A DNA stretch of 50,825 nt from a phage: sequence record PZ452600.1; one strand, written 5' to 3'. The position numbers were made by a program, and so were the translations under genes. Shown one piece after another: positions 20,122 through 30,095 of this stretch (position 1 is the first letter of the stretch; each line of letters opens with the position of its first letter). The notes below the pieces were generated by a model. That model searched no databases. It was given only the letters and a program-made list of their open reading frames with translations, and was not told the DNA's origin.

Positions 20122-20400
20122 TCACCCCCAAAAAGTATATATATATCTTGAATCAGATCCAGAAAGCCCACTCCATGTAACGGTGTCGCCACTTACCCCC
20201 AAGTTTGGTGCTCCAGGGTCGCCACCACGCCAGGAATTCATGCCAACATATATTGCTTTCAATGATTTACCTGGTGGCCTGTTTTGGTAAGTCTTGCTAC
20301 CTGATGGCTGAGTGAATTTATCAAGGAAGAAAACAGGCGTTAAAAGTCCTGTAACTTCCCTTCCTCGATCGTCATATATTGCATAACCATATTGCGCCAT
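20122..20400 (-). CDS. hypothetical protein in receptor-binding module
   Basis: TAATG overlap with lipoprotein stop; 92 aa. Confidence 0.45.
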   Translation of the reverse strand: MAQYGYAIYDDRGREVTGLLTPVFFLDKFTQPSGSKTYQNRPPGKSLKAIYVGMNSWRGGDPGAPNLGVSGDTVTWSGLSGSDSRYIYTFWG

Positions 20401-20675
20401 TAATTACACCTCAAATCAATAAATTTACTTTCATTTTGCCAACGGTTGATAAATTTAACTTCTTTATTGTCAACGCTCAACCTGTATTGCTTTTGGCTGA
20501 ATCTGTTTTCGCGTACTGCATTAATTTTAACTTCATGGAATCCGTTAACAGGGAATGTTTTAACGTTAAATTTTGCCGTGCAGTCGATCTCATTGAAGTT
20601 GCCAGTAGGAGACGCTGCGCACCCGGTCAGAGCGACTACGGTGGCGATAACTGCGATTAATTTTTTCATCTTCAA
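20400..20675 (-). CDS. lipoprotein, candidate superinfection-exclusion factor (Cor/Llp-like)
   Basis: Signal peptide with lipobox LTGC (MKMKKLIAVIATVVALTGCAAS); AAGGAG RBS; first gene after a box cassette; adjacent to receptor-binding candidates. Confidence 0.7.
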   Translation of the reverse strand: MKMKKLIAVIATVVALTGCAASPTGNFNEIDCTAKFNVKTFPVNGFHEVKINAVRENRFSQKQYRLSVDNKEVKFINRWQNESKFIDLRCN

Positions 20676-20700
20676 TACTCCTTAGTTGTCGTTGCCTGTA

Positions 20701-20743
20701 ACTATACACGATCCGACAAGCGGCGTTTAGCAAAAAGTGCTAC
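20701..20743 (-). promoter_or_regulatory. box cassette upstream of Cor/Llp-like lipoprotein gene
   Basis: minus-strand GTAGCACTTTTTGCTAAAC (20743-20725), N18, TATAGT (20706-20701); RBS and ATG 20675 follow. Confidence 0.5.
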
Positions 20744-21112
20744 TTGTTATTTTTTGTTTTTCGGTGTTATCGAATTTAAGACGGCGTAAATTTAGCGCAA
20801 ATTTTAGCCAACATAAGTGCAATAAACAATCAATAAAATATATATATACATATAAAATCAATAGTTTATTTATTTATGTATGTATATTTGTTTTTTCTTG
20901 TTATCTGTGTTTCTTGTGGTTTTGGTTGTTTGTGGTGATTTTTCTTTCTGAGTATCTGTATGTGCCATCATTCATGTGTATGTATATAATCCGGCGTATC
21001 TGAGAGAACAAGGGAACAAGAAAAATAACACATATTAATCATTGACTTACGTTTCAAATTTGTTTTATTGCAATCTAAGAACGTTTAGAAAACAGAAAAA
21101 ACAAAACAACTA

Positions 21113-21140
21113 TTGACTAAATAAACCAAATGGCTACAAT
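21113..21140 (+). promoter_or_regulatory. sigma70-like promoter for recombination operon
   Basis: TTGACT-N16-TACAAT, about 30 nt upstream of ATG 21171. Confidence 0.6.
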
Positions 21141-21170
21141 GCACACACAAAGCAACAAGGAGCATCAAAG

Positions 21171-22226
21171 ATGAGTGATTTTAACGCCTACACTAGCGAA
21201 GAAATGAGCAATGAGCTTTATCATGATCCTAACGCGTGGACGGCTGAATACGTCAGCGGTTCCAGCTTGGCGGAGATTTACAGCACTTGCCCGGCGTACT
21301 GGAAGTACAAGCCTCGCCAGGAAACTAAGGCACTTGTTTTCGGTACGCAGTCGCATACCAATTTTGAAAGCAAGGAGTTATTCGAAAAAACATATCGCCG
21401 CGCACCGTCGCAGGATGACTTTAAAGATCTGATCACAAGCCAAACGGCGTTAGCTGCAAAGCTGAAATCTTTTGGCCTGAAAGGTACGACGGGTAAGCAA
21501 TACCCTGAATTGCTGGAAATGCTGTACAAGTGCGGTGAGGATCTCAATGTATGGTGGCTTATCGAAATGATGGCAGAATGCCAGGCCGCAGCGGACGGAG
21601 TGCAGTTAATCGACGCGAAAGATTATGATGCCTGTGTAGCGATGCGGCGCGTACTTGAGGCAATACCTGAGCATAATGCTTGCATGAATAGCCCAACCGC
21701 GCAGCGTGAAATGTCAATATTCGGGATCATCAATGGCGTAAAAGTTAAGGTGCGTCTTGATCACGTTGACGTAAACAAGGATGTAAAGGCAACAATCATT
21801 AACGGTTACGACGAAAAAGGCCGACCGATTTATGAAGAAGTCATCTATCCAGAAGCTGTGATTATCACTGACTATAAAACAACGGTTAGCGCAAATCCGG
21901 TTGACTTCCAGCGCCTTGCTTACAATCACGGCTATTATCTCAAAATGGCTTTGCAGCATGATTTATTTAAAAAGGCGTATCCAGACGAGGAAAGACCAGT
22001 AATTGTGAGATTACTTGCTCAAGAGAAGAAAGAGCCTTACTTGCCGCTCGCATTCCGCATGAACATTGAGCAATTGAAGATTGGGCGCATCCAGTACATG
22101 AGCGTGATCAACAAGTTCAACGTTTGCCAACAGTTAGATGAATGGCCTTCGTATGCAAACGGGCAACCAGAAATTGATCTTGATACTCCTGATTGGGTCC
22201 GCGCTCAATTCAGGCAGTATCTATGA
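21171..22226 (+). CDS. putative recombination exonuclease (PD-(D/E)XK-like)
   Basis: 351 aa, first gene after promoter 21113-21140; motifs RLDHVD and ITDYKT fit a D...(D/E)xK nuclease core; followed by ERF and SSB. Confidence 0.55.
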   Translation: MSDFNAYTSEEMSNELYHDPNAWTAEYVSGSSLAEIYSTCPAYWKYKPRQETKALVFGTQSHTNFESKELFEKTYRRAPSQDDFKDLITSQTALAAKLKSFGLKGTTGKQYPELLEMLYKCGEDLNVWWLIEMMAECQAAADGVQLIDAKDYDACVAMRRVLEAIPEHNACMNSPTAQREMSIFGIINGVKVKVRLDHVDVNKDVKATIINGYDEKGRPIYEEVIYPEAVIITDYKTTVSANPVDFQRLAYNHGYYLKMALQHDLFKKAYPDEERPVIVRLLAQEKKEPYLPLAFRMNIEQLKIGRIQYMSVINKFNVCQQLDEWPSYANGQPEIDLDTPDWVRAQFRQYL

Positions 22227-22298
22227 CAAACCAAACAAATAGCTAAACTTTTATAATGGTTGGTGATATAATTCGCCAACCAGATGGCGGGAGAGTGA

Positions 22299-22955
<657 letters not shown>

Positions 22956-22960
22956 TAAAC

Positions 22961-22982
22961 GGGGCGCTTGCGCCCCTTTTGT
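22961..22982 (+). terminator. intrinsic terminator between erf-like and ssb genes
   Basis: GGGGCGC-TTG-CGCCCC + T4. Confidence 0.6.
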
Positions 22983-22998
22983 CATAGGAGAAAACAAA

Positions 22999-23451
22999 AT
23001 GCACGTTATTACAGGTGAGATTCGAAAAGAGCCAAAAGTAAAGCAAATGCCTAACGGCAGCACGCTATATGTTATTGAGCTTTCCGAGCGATACAAAGAC
23101 CGAGAAGGAAATTGGCAGTATACAAACTATGTGTTTTTCTTTAACGCGAAAACAGACGGCCTGAATGGTTGGTATGCCGAGGCGTTCCAGGTAGGCAAGG
23201 TTGTTTCTGTTTCCTGCGATACCTTGCGAGTTGAAACGCGAGAATACAACGGAAAGATTTACAGCACCGTGCAGCCTGGCGGATTTGCAAACTTGCTATT
23301 TAGCCAGAGAGGTGAAAGCCAGCAACAATATCAGCAGCGAACGCAAGGAGGCTGGGGGCAACCACAACAGCAACAGCAACAAAATACTCAACAGCAGCCG
23401 CAGCAAAGCAATCAGCCTCCGATTGACTTTGACGACGATATACCATTCTGA
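22999..23451 (+). CDS. ssb: single-stranded DNA-binding protein
   Basis: ATG 22999 after terminator 22961-22982; OB-fold-like N-terminus, Gln-rich linker, acidic C-terminal tail DFDDDIPF. Confidence 0.85.
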   Translation: MHVITGEIRKEPKVKQMPNGSTLYVIELSERYKDREGNWQYTNYVFFFNAKTDGLNGWYAEAFQVGKVVSVSCDTLRVETREYNGKIYSTVQPGGFANLLFSQRGESQQQYQQRTQGGWGQPQQQQQQNTQQQPQQSNQPPIDFDDDIPF

Positions 23452-23455
23452 TAAC

Positions 23456-23486
23456 AAAAAGCCCCGCATATGCGGGGCTTTTTTTA
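23456..23486. terminator. bidirectional terminator (ssb / fibre chaperone gene)
   Basis: A5, GCCCCGCATATGCGGGGC, T7. Confidence 0.7.
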
Positions 23487-24178
23487 GTCTAACGTGGTTG
23501 GTTTGTTTACCAGTGCCGCTACAACCGCTTTTAGCTCGTCAATTTCTTTTCTCATCTCATCGTTTTCCGCTTTCAGTTTCTTAACGTGGTGAATCAGTGG
23601 AACAGTGAGGCGGTCATACATAACGCCTTCCGCCACCATGCCATTACTTGAAGCAATGGCAGGATCTTCTCCTTCTTGCAGCGGTCGCCAGTGAACGTAC
23701 TCCGGCGCAATTTCTCCAACCTCTTCCGCGATTAGCCCGTACCATCCCCAATCTTTACGGTCGCTTTCACAGGTTGACCGATACCACACAGGACGCATTT
23801 CAAGCATCAGATCCGCATATTCATCAATAACCGATTCTACGCTGCGCTTATAACGAGAAGAGGAAGTGGAGCGTAAAACTTGCGACACTCCAGCATTTGG
23901 ATCAAGCCATAAGTTTGCTGATTGAGCGGTTGTGTTTAGTCTAAACAAATAAAATGCCTCGTTACCAGTCAGGGGGTAAAAATTGCCACCATACCTTCCG
24001 CTATCCAACTCGGACGATAGATCATTTTGTTTTAGATACAACTTCAACTTATTGTCAACATCAGTAGTTGATGCTTTTCCTGCAACATCCTGTTTTAGTG
24101 TCGAAACATCCTGATTTATCGTAGAAACATCATTTTCAGCTTCGTTATATCACTAGGTATAACAGTTACTGTAGCCAT
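23484..24178 (-). CDS. tail-fibre-associated protein with C-terminal intramolecular-chaperone-like domain (frame-interrupted)
   Basis: AAGGAG + ATG 24178 opens a 20-codon ORF; the adjacent frame runs from 24149 to 23484 with no ATG; heptad-like repeat continues across the A4 run at 24133-24136; C-terminus has GLIAEEV-type motif. Confidence 0.5.
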
Positions 24179-24190
24179 TTTCCTAACTCC

Positions 24191-24471
24191 TTAAGCCCAT
24201 TCTCTAATCGGCTGATCTAACTCAACCACGTAGCCGTTAAAAATTACGGCATCAAACTTATCATCAATGATTCGCACATTGACGAAATAGCCGTCGTTCT
24301 TTCGCGCAATCTCATCGCCATCGTCAGATCGTGCAATTACTGTGTAAGTATTGCCGATTACATCGAGCAGGATTGCATCCTGAATGGATTCGTTTTCGTT
24401 CCATTCGATTATTTCCAGAAAGGCGGAAAACTCCGCCTTGTCTACAAATTTCAGTGTTAAATCACGCATTA
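24191..24471 (-). CDS. hypothetical protein (tail-fibre operon)
   Basis: TAATG overlap with lateral-fibre stop; 93 aa starting MRDLTLK. Confidence 0.45.
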
Positions 24472-26442
24472 TACAATTTCCCCCAATTGATGATCTGTTA
24501 GTGCCTTGTGCCATATACGGAAGTTTCTAACGTGCCCAAAAAGATGTCGCGCTCCTGTATTTGTTTGACCTCCAATCCTTATAGTAGCCGTTGATACTAT
24601 GTATCTCCATTCCGTTTTTGTTTCGCTTGATATTATGGCATTGCTTACACAACAAGTATTGTAATCACTCTTTACTCTCATTCCTATGATCATCTTTTTT
24701 AGCTTCGCATTCTCGTTAACCCTTCTGTTTGATTTACCTATATCGCAATAAGGGAATCCATCAGCATCGCCTTCGGCAGACCCGAAAGCAAGAATAATTG
24801 CCGCGCCAGATTGATGACCTCCAGTATCGAAAACACGAGGCGCAGCATTTGGCGTTCTACTCCAGTTTTTATGAGCCTCCACAAGAACTGTAAACGGCAA
24901 ATTGTAAAGGTTGTTTTTTATTGGCACTGTAACCATATCGCTTGCCCTTGTAGTTGCATTCACTCCAGAAATAATAAATGAAGAAACACAAGACCCATCC
25001 TCTACCTGTGGAGTTGCAAGATATATGTGATCACCAGATACAGTTGCACCACCTTCCTGTGGTGCATATTGTATTTGAGATCCTATTTTTATCTCACCAT
25101 CAACAGCCTGTATTGTAGCTTCCGCAAAAACCCAGCCAGTAACATCATCTCTTTTAGCTCTTGCGGTAATCCTTGATGCAGCACCGCCTGTCATATTAAT
25201 TTCAAGCGTTTGTGTATCAATATACGCATCACCAAGAAAAGTTGTTGCGCTACCGTCATATTTATCAAACCGGATACGCAACCTTACCTGTAGTTCTGTT
25301 TTAAAACGACATGAGGTTGTCACGTATTTATTATCGCCTGAGACATAAACTGACTTGGTTGCTGCAATTGATGCCATATTAATGGCTGACGTTTGTCCGA
25401 TTAGAGAATCGTTACAGACGAACTTTCCATAGGTAAAACCAAAACTATCCGTCCCTGTTTCGGGAACATCCATATTTGACGATCTCCCCCAACTGGCAGG
25501 GTTTTCCGAATTGAGCATGTAGTTTGTTCTTTGCCCCTCAATAAGCAGGCCATCACGTTCAAAACGTGGTTCATCAATTGCTGCAACAGTGAAAACGCCT
25601 GATTTATTAATGTATGTAGCAGTTGATGCACGTTTAAACTTAACTATCTTGTCACCTGGCATCGTGATCTCATCGTCACCTATAACAATCTTTTTGTATG
25701 ACGGCGAGAATCCGGTAATCATATCCAGGGAGTCATTAAATGGTATCCACACGTCCGGCAACGGTTGCAATAAGTCCTTGTAAGGTTCTGCAGCCTGCTT
25801 TGCGTATTCCTCCGCTTGATCTCGCGCACTTTCAGCTCCTGCCTTTGCAGTGTTCGCAGCGTCACGCGCGGATTCAGCGCCAGACTTTGCTGCTTCAGCG
25901 CCAGTCTTTGCAGTGTTTGCAGCGTCGCGCGCGGATTCAGCGGCAGCCTTTGCAGTGTCAGCACCTTTCTTGCTATTCTCTGCATTTGTTGCGCTTGTCT
26001 TTGCGTTATTCTCGCTAGTTTTAGCTGCCTTCTGGCTTGCTGCGGCTGCGTCAGCATTTGTCTTTACGTCTTCCTGGATCTTCTGTAGCTTATCCCAATC
26101 AAAATCCTTGATGATCTCAATAAATCCAGCAAGCTCCGACTCCTTTCCCTGGTAATAACGCAACGTTTCCGCTACGTCTTGCGCAAGACCGTCAACCGTT
26201 AACGAGTCATGAAGCAAGATCAGGTAATTTGTCTTCTGTACTACCGCGCCGCCAGTAGTAATTGCGCGAATGCTTGTATCGCTAATCACTTCTGTAATCA
26301 CAGCAGCTTGCAAAGGTTGAGCAAGAAAGAAAATAGTTGCGCCTGGGCGAATCAAGGTTAATTGCTCACGCCATTTTGTACCGTAACCAGTTACATAACC
26401 TTGCGCGTCCATAGACGCTTGGCCTTGTCTGTAAATCGCCAT
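24469..26442 (-). CDS. lateral tail fibre protein
   Basis: 657 aa from ATG 26442 (AGGAGG 9 nt upstream); Ala-rich tandem repeats (AKTGAEAAKSGAESARDAANTAKAGAESARD) and Gly/Thr-rich distal domain. Confidence 0.75.
   Translation of the reverse strand: MAIYRQGQASMDAQGYVTGYGTKWREQLTLIRPGATIFFLAQPLQAAVITEVISDTSIRAITTGGAVVQKTNYLILLHDSLTVDGLAQDVAETLRYYQGKESELAGFIEIIKDFDWDKLQKIQEDVKTNADAAAASQKAAKTSENNAKTSATNAENSKKGADTAKAAAESARDAANTAKTGAEAAKSGAESARDAANTAKAGAESARDQAEEYAKQAAEPYKDLLQPLPDVWIPFNDSLDMITGFSPSYKKIVIGDDEITMPGDKIVKFKRASTATYINKSGVFTVAAIDEPRFERDGLLIEGQRTNYMLNSENPASWGRSSNMDVPETGTDSFGFTYGKFVCNDSLIGQTSAINMASIAATKSVYVSGDNKYVTTSCRFKTELQVRLRIRFDKYDGSATTFLGDAYIDTQTLEINMTGGAASRITARAKRDDVTGWVFAEATIQAVDGEIKIGSQIQYAPQEGGATVSGDHIYLATPQVEDGSCVSSFIISGVNATTRASDMVTVPIKNNLYNLPFTVLVEAHKNWSRTPNAAPRVFDTGGHQSGAAIILAFGSAEGDADGFPYCDIGKSNRRVNENAKLKKMIIGMRVKSDYNTCCVSNAIISSETKTEWRYIVSTATIRIGGQTNTGARHLFGHVRNFRIWHKALTDHQLGEIV
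25820..25975 (-). repeat. tandem ~63-bp repeats inside lateral tail fibre gene
   Basis: CTTTGCAGTGTTYGCAGCGTCRCGCGCGGATTCAGCGSCAG... repeated about 2.5 times; encodes Ala-rich peptide repeat. Confidence 0.6.
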
Positions 26443-26457
26443 TTGTAAAATCCTCCT

Positions 26458-26476
26458 AAATAGCACTTTTTGCTAA
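26458..26476 (-). promoter_or_regulatory. inverted box abutting RBS of lateral tail fibre gene
   Basis: minus-strand TTAGCAAAAAGTGCTATTT immediately 5' of AGGAGG and ATG 26442. Confidence 0.4.
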
Positions 26477-26507
26477 TGACAATGCAGATAATAGCATTTT
26501 CAAGTGC

Positions 26508-26532
26508 AAAAAAAAACCCCGCATAAGCGGGG
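26508..26532 (-). terminator. intrinsic terminator after primase gene (minus strand)
   Basis: minus strand: CCCCGCTTATGCGGGG followed by U9. Confidence 0.65.
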
Positions 26533-26548
26533 CAATACTAGCTGAGTT

Positions 26549-27478
26549 TTATAGCAGTGATTCGGGCTTGTAGAGTTTTCTTTCTACTCCCTGTTTAAAA
26601 TTATCGTTAACAGGCATCATTATGTCAAGCCCTCTTTCCTCTGCCGCGATTATCACATCACGATCATCTTTCCGGCAGACTACGCGCATTCTTCTTTCTC
26701 CTTTATATCTATGCGCAACCATTTCAAGATTTGAAGGAGTAAAACAGGCCCACACCTCTTGACCAGTTGATAAATGAACATGCTGAGAATCAACCCAATC
26801 AAGGCACAAATAGATCGTCTTATCTGTGCTACCTGTTTTAACAACAGATCCGCGCGTGTAGTCGCGAGCTAAAAACCAATCCTTTCCATCCTCATCAATG
26901 AAAAGCACGTTACACATTTCATCATCCAGCCCGTCATCATGCACCAGGTGACAAGGTAGCGCGTGAATGTATCGACCATCCTTGACGCCGCAATCATAAT
27001 GACAATCTTCCGGCGGATATATCCCCTCATAAACGCTTAAAGGTGTGCGATCGAATTTTAATGTTTTTGCCATCACTTTTTCGCAACATTCATGACTTGC
27101 CTGTTTCCCGAACGAGTAACCAGAAGAACGCGAAGCGCGTTTGTTTGCTCTGATCCTGTAATCTTGTGGCACTTTTCCGAGGAAGCGGCCCAAAATGTTG
27201 ATGGCCTCGCTGTAAGGTTCGCCAGTTAATTTCATTAACCAACCGATCCCCGTGTCGTTGCCGCATACGTTGCAGATCGCGCCGCCGTCGCCCTCTTCAT
27301 TTAGCTTATCAGTCCATCTAAAACGATCCTTACCGCCGCAGTGTGGGCAAGGTTGATGCTTTTTGTTGAAAACATCGCTATGCAGTCCGCAAATGCTTTG
27401 TAGTGCTTCACGCCATAACCCCTTCATATATGGCAAAACATCTTCTTTCTGATAGGTCATAAAGTTTTCAGTATTCAT
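26549..27478 (-). CDS. DNA primase-like protein (zinc-ribbon)
   Basis: CPHCGG...CNVCG zinc-binding motif near N-terminus; ATG 27478 with GAGG RBS (track start 27556 overlaps the upstream gene). Confidence 0.6.
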   Translation of the reverse strand: MNTENFMTYQKEDVLPYMKGLWREALQSICGLHSDVFNKKHQPCPHCGGKDRFRWTDKLNEEGDGGAICNVCGNDTGIGWLMKLTGEPYSEAINILGRFLGKVPQDYRIRANKRASRSSGYSFGKQASHECCEKVMAKTLKFDRTPLSVYEGIYPPEDCHYDCGVKDGRYIHALPCHLVHDDGLDDEMCNVLFIDEDGKDWFLARDYTRGSVVKTGSTDKTIYLCLDWVDSQHVHLSTGQEVWACFTPSNLEMVAHRYKGERRMRVVCRKDDRDVIIAAEERGLDIMMPVNDNFKQGVERKLYKPESLL

Positions 27479-27533
27479 GGCAAACCTCAATAAAAAAGCC
27501 CAGCAAATATTATCATTTCGCTGAGCCTTATCA

Positions 27534-28010
27534 TTAGCTATTTGTGCTGTTATCACCTTTGTAGAATCGTCCGCCTGGTTCGTAGTCTGAATTTTTGACT
27601 ACGCGCAACATCTCGTATTTGTCGCAACGGGTAGTAAGAGGCTTACCGTTAGAATCAAACCGCAGATCTGGACGACAAAATGATGCGCGGTATCCTTTGC
27701 ATCCATTATATTTGTAGTCGTTATGCACCTTTTGTGCTCCAGCGGCTGAAATCATACCACGCTTTCGCCATTGGTTAACGACTTGCTGAGATACGCGTAG
27801 ACGTCGAGCCATAGCAGGAACACCGCCATAATACTCGATCAGAATATCCAAGCGAGATTTCAGGCTTGCTTTTACCTCATCTCGCAGGATAAGAAATCCG
27901 GTTCGGTGTTTTCGTGGCTTTTTGTCTTTACCTCGTCGCGTTCCGTTGTTACCGTTAATAGTGCGCTTGTCGATCTCACCCGTAGACACCGCAATTCGTG
28001 CATCTTTCAT
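27534..28010 (-). CDS. helix-turn-helix DNA-binding protein
   Basis: HTH-like segment VPAMARRLRVSQQVVNQWRKRGMIS; GAGGTGA RBS; divergent from helicase. Confidence 0.55.
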   Translation of the reverse strand: MKDARIAVSTGEIDKRTINGNNGTRRGKDKKPRKHRTGFLILRDEVKASLKSRLDILIEYYGGVPAMARRLRVSQQVVNQWRKRGMISAAGAQKVHNDYKYNGCKGYRASFCRPDLRFDSNGKPLTTRCDKYEMLRVVKNSDYEPGGRFYKGDNSTNS

Positions 28011-28021
28011 CTAGTCACCTC

Positions 28022-28065
28022 ATAGCATTTTTTGTTAAAACAGTTTATTGTAATGAGTCTATTAT
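28022..28065 (+). promoter_or_regulatory. box cassette (putative phage promoter) upstream of helicase
   Basis: ATAGCATTTTTTGTTAAAAC 28022-28041, N18, TATTAT 28060-28065; in divergent intergenic region. Confidence 0.5.
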
Positions 28066-28097
28066 ATACTCCAAATGGCATTTTTTAAAGGTTTAAG

Positions 28098-30095
28098 ATG
28101 ATTCCAAATATCGAAAAACAAATATCAGCGTTAGGCGAGGCAGTAATAAAAAGCATCCAAGAGCGATTCACGGTTGGCAATATAGTGCCTTATCCTTATC
28201 AGTGCGTTGCGTATGCCGAGATCGCAAAGCGCATGAAAAACTATGAGCATCCTTTCTTTGTTAAGGCTTCTGTGTCGGCTGGCAAAACATTGATGTTTGC
28301 GATGGTTGCGGCGCAATGCCGAAAAATGGGATTGAAAATGATGGTCCTTGCTCGCCAGGCTGAAATTGTTGATCAGGATTCGGAAGAGATCAGCAATCTT
28401 GGAGTGCCAAACTCAATCTATTGCGCCGGACTGAAAACAAAAAGCGCATACTTTCCGATCGTGGTCGGTTCTGAGGGCACTGTAGTAAACGGATTGTTTA
28501 AGTCGTTAGGTGATTATGTTCCGCACGTTATCGGTATTGATGAATGTCACCAGGTGGATTGGGAGGATCTCGCGGACGCGATAGAAAATAATGAATCTTA
28601 CCAGCAGATGACCACTAAGAAGGATTTGCCAGTACTGATTGGAGAAGAACAGCAATTTGATTCCAATGGCGATCCAATGTTCGGAACAGGACGCACACAG
28701 TACACCGTAATAATCATGGAAATGATGCGCAGGTGTCGCGAGGCATACGGGCACGAATTGCGAATATTCGGTATGACTGGATCTGAATTTCGCGGCGTGG
28801 TTCCAATACTGGTTGAAGATAAGAACAAAAAGGGATTCTGGCGTGAGCAGGTGACTAACATAGACACAAACTACTTAATCAAATTCGGTTCGGTAGTGCC
28901 AACAAACTTCGGCGACGTAGGCGACCTGGGTTATGACCTTTCAGAGTTCGAAGCCAGTAGCGAGGATGGCGTTTCAGACTTTGACGCTAAAACATTGCGC
29001 AAGATGGAAGAAAAGATCCATCAAGACGCAACAATGACACAGAAAATCATGGCTAAAGTCCATGAGATATGCAAAGACAGGAACGGAGTTTTAGTTACAT
29101 GCGCAGGGGAAAGGCACTGCAAGGAGGCCGCCGCCGCACTGCCGCCAGGCGTTGAATACAGGATCATAACTGGCAAGACTGGAGATAATCAGCGTAAAGA
29201 GTGGCTGAGGGAGGCATACGAGGGAAAAGTAAAATACATCTTCCAGGTACAGGCGCTTACCACTGGCGTTAACGTTCCGTTTTGGGATACTTCGGTAATA
29301 CTGAGAAAGATAGGATCTCTAACATTGCTTATCCAGCTTTTGGGGCGCGGCATGCGACTGCTTAAGCAATGGCACATTGAGCAGGGATTCAAGAAAAAAG
29401 ATCATCTTGTATTGGATTTTGCAGGTACTATGGATGAGTTAGGTGATTTGTATTTCGATCCAATCCTTGAGCAAGCGCAATTCCAAAAGAGATTTACAAA
29501 CGGGAAAGAGCCTAAGACTTGTCCGATATGTGGAACGCTAAACAGCTTTTACGCTCGCCGATGTATGCACGTAGACGATAACGGGAAGCGATGTGAGCAT
29601 TTTTGGACTTACAGAATTTGCGAGGACCAGGTAGATCCGAGAACGAAAAAGATAATCAAGCGCGGTTGCGGAACAAAAAACGACGTAGTGGCGAGAGTAT
29701 GCCGTTGTTGCGATATTTCTCTTGTCGATCCTAACGAGAAGTTAAGCGGTAAGCACTACACCAAAAACGATTGGTGCAACGTTAAATCTTTCCGCGTTGA
29801 TATGACGAAAAACCAGAAAGGAATTATTTTTTGCTATGAGCTTGAGGCCAACGGCGACACGTTCAAGGCATACGAAAGATTTTTCCCTGAGTCAGAAAGC
29901 AACATTTGCCGGACGATATGGAGAAAAATAGCATTGCAGCACATACCGGATCGCAAGATTGCTGGTATGGTGGCGAGCTATAGAAATGCTCGTAAAATAA
30001 TGTCATACGCTCATCACATCATGCCGCCTGTACGCGTAACGCATCGCAAAAACGGCAAAGGTGAGGATAACATTGCAAAACGGGAGTTTGTTTAA
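28098..30095 (+). CDS. ATP-dependent helicase (SF2, DExH-like) with C-terminal zinc fingers
   Basis: Walker A SVSAGKTLM, Walker B/DExH IGIDECHQV, C-terminal CxxC clusters. Confidence 0.8.
   Translation: MIPNIEKQISALGEAVIKSIQERFTVGNIVPYPYQCVAYAEIAKRMKNYEHPFFVKASVSAGKTLMFAMVAAQCRKMGLKMMVLARQAEIVDQDSEEISNLGVPNSIYCAGLKTKSAYFPIVVGSEGTVVNGLFKSLGDYVPHVIGIDECHQVDWEDLADAIENNESYQQMTTKKDLPVLIGEEQQFDSNGDPMFGTGRTQYTVIIMEMMRRCREAYGHELRIFGMTGSEFRGVVPILVEDKNKKGFWREQVTNIDTNYLIKFGSVVPTNFGDVGDLGYDLSEFEASSEDGVSDFDAKTLRKMEEKIHQDATMTQKIMAKVHEICKDRNGVLVTCAGERHCKEAAAALPPGVEYRIITGKTGDNQRKEWLREAYEGKVKYIFQVQALTTGVNVPFWDTSVILRKIGSLTLLIQLLGRGMRLLKQWHIEQGFKKKDHLVLDFAGTMDELGDLYFDPILEQAQFQKRFTNGKEPKTCPICGTLNSFYARRCMHVDDNGKRCEHFWTYRICEDQVDPRTKKIIKRGCGTKNDVVARVCRCCDISLVDPNEKLSGKHYTKNDWCNVKSFRVDMTKNQKGIIFCYELEANGDTFKAYERFFPESESNICRTIWRKIALQHIPDRKIAGMVASYRNARKIMSYAHHIMPPVRVTHRKNGKGEDNIAKREFV

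Noticed and set aside
20737-21003. Track ORF (88 aa) inside the AT/GT-rich region upstream of the recombination operon
   Set aside because: Extremely low-complexity hydrophobic translation, no RBS, and overlaps the duplicated non-coding element and promoter-like sequences; treated as non-coding.
25820-25975. Diversity-generating retroelement involving the tail fibre repeats
   Set aside because: No reverse transcriptase gene and no separate template repeat with adenine-specific mismatches; the repeats are in-frame tandem duplications.
25401-26155. Multiple overlapping ORFs in both strands within the lateral tail fibre gene
   Set aside because: Artefacts of the GC-rich tandem repeat region; Arg/Gln or Ala/Ser low-complexity translations, no ribosome-binding sites.
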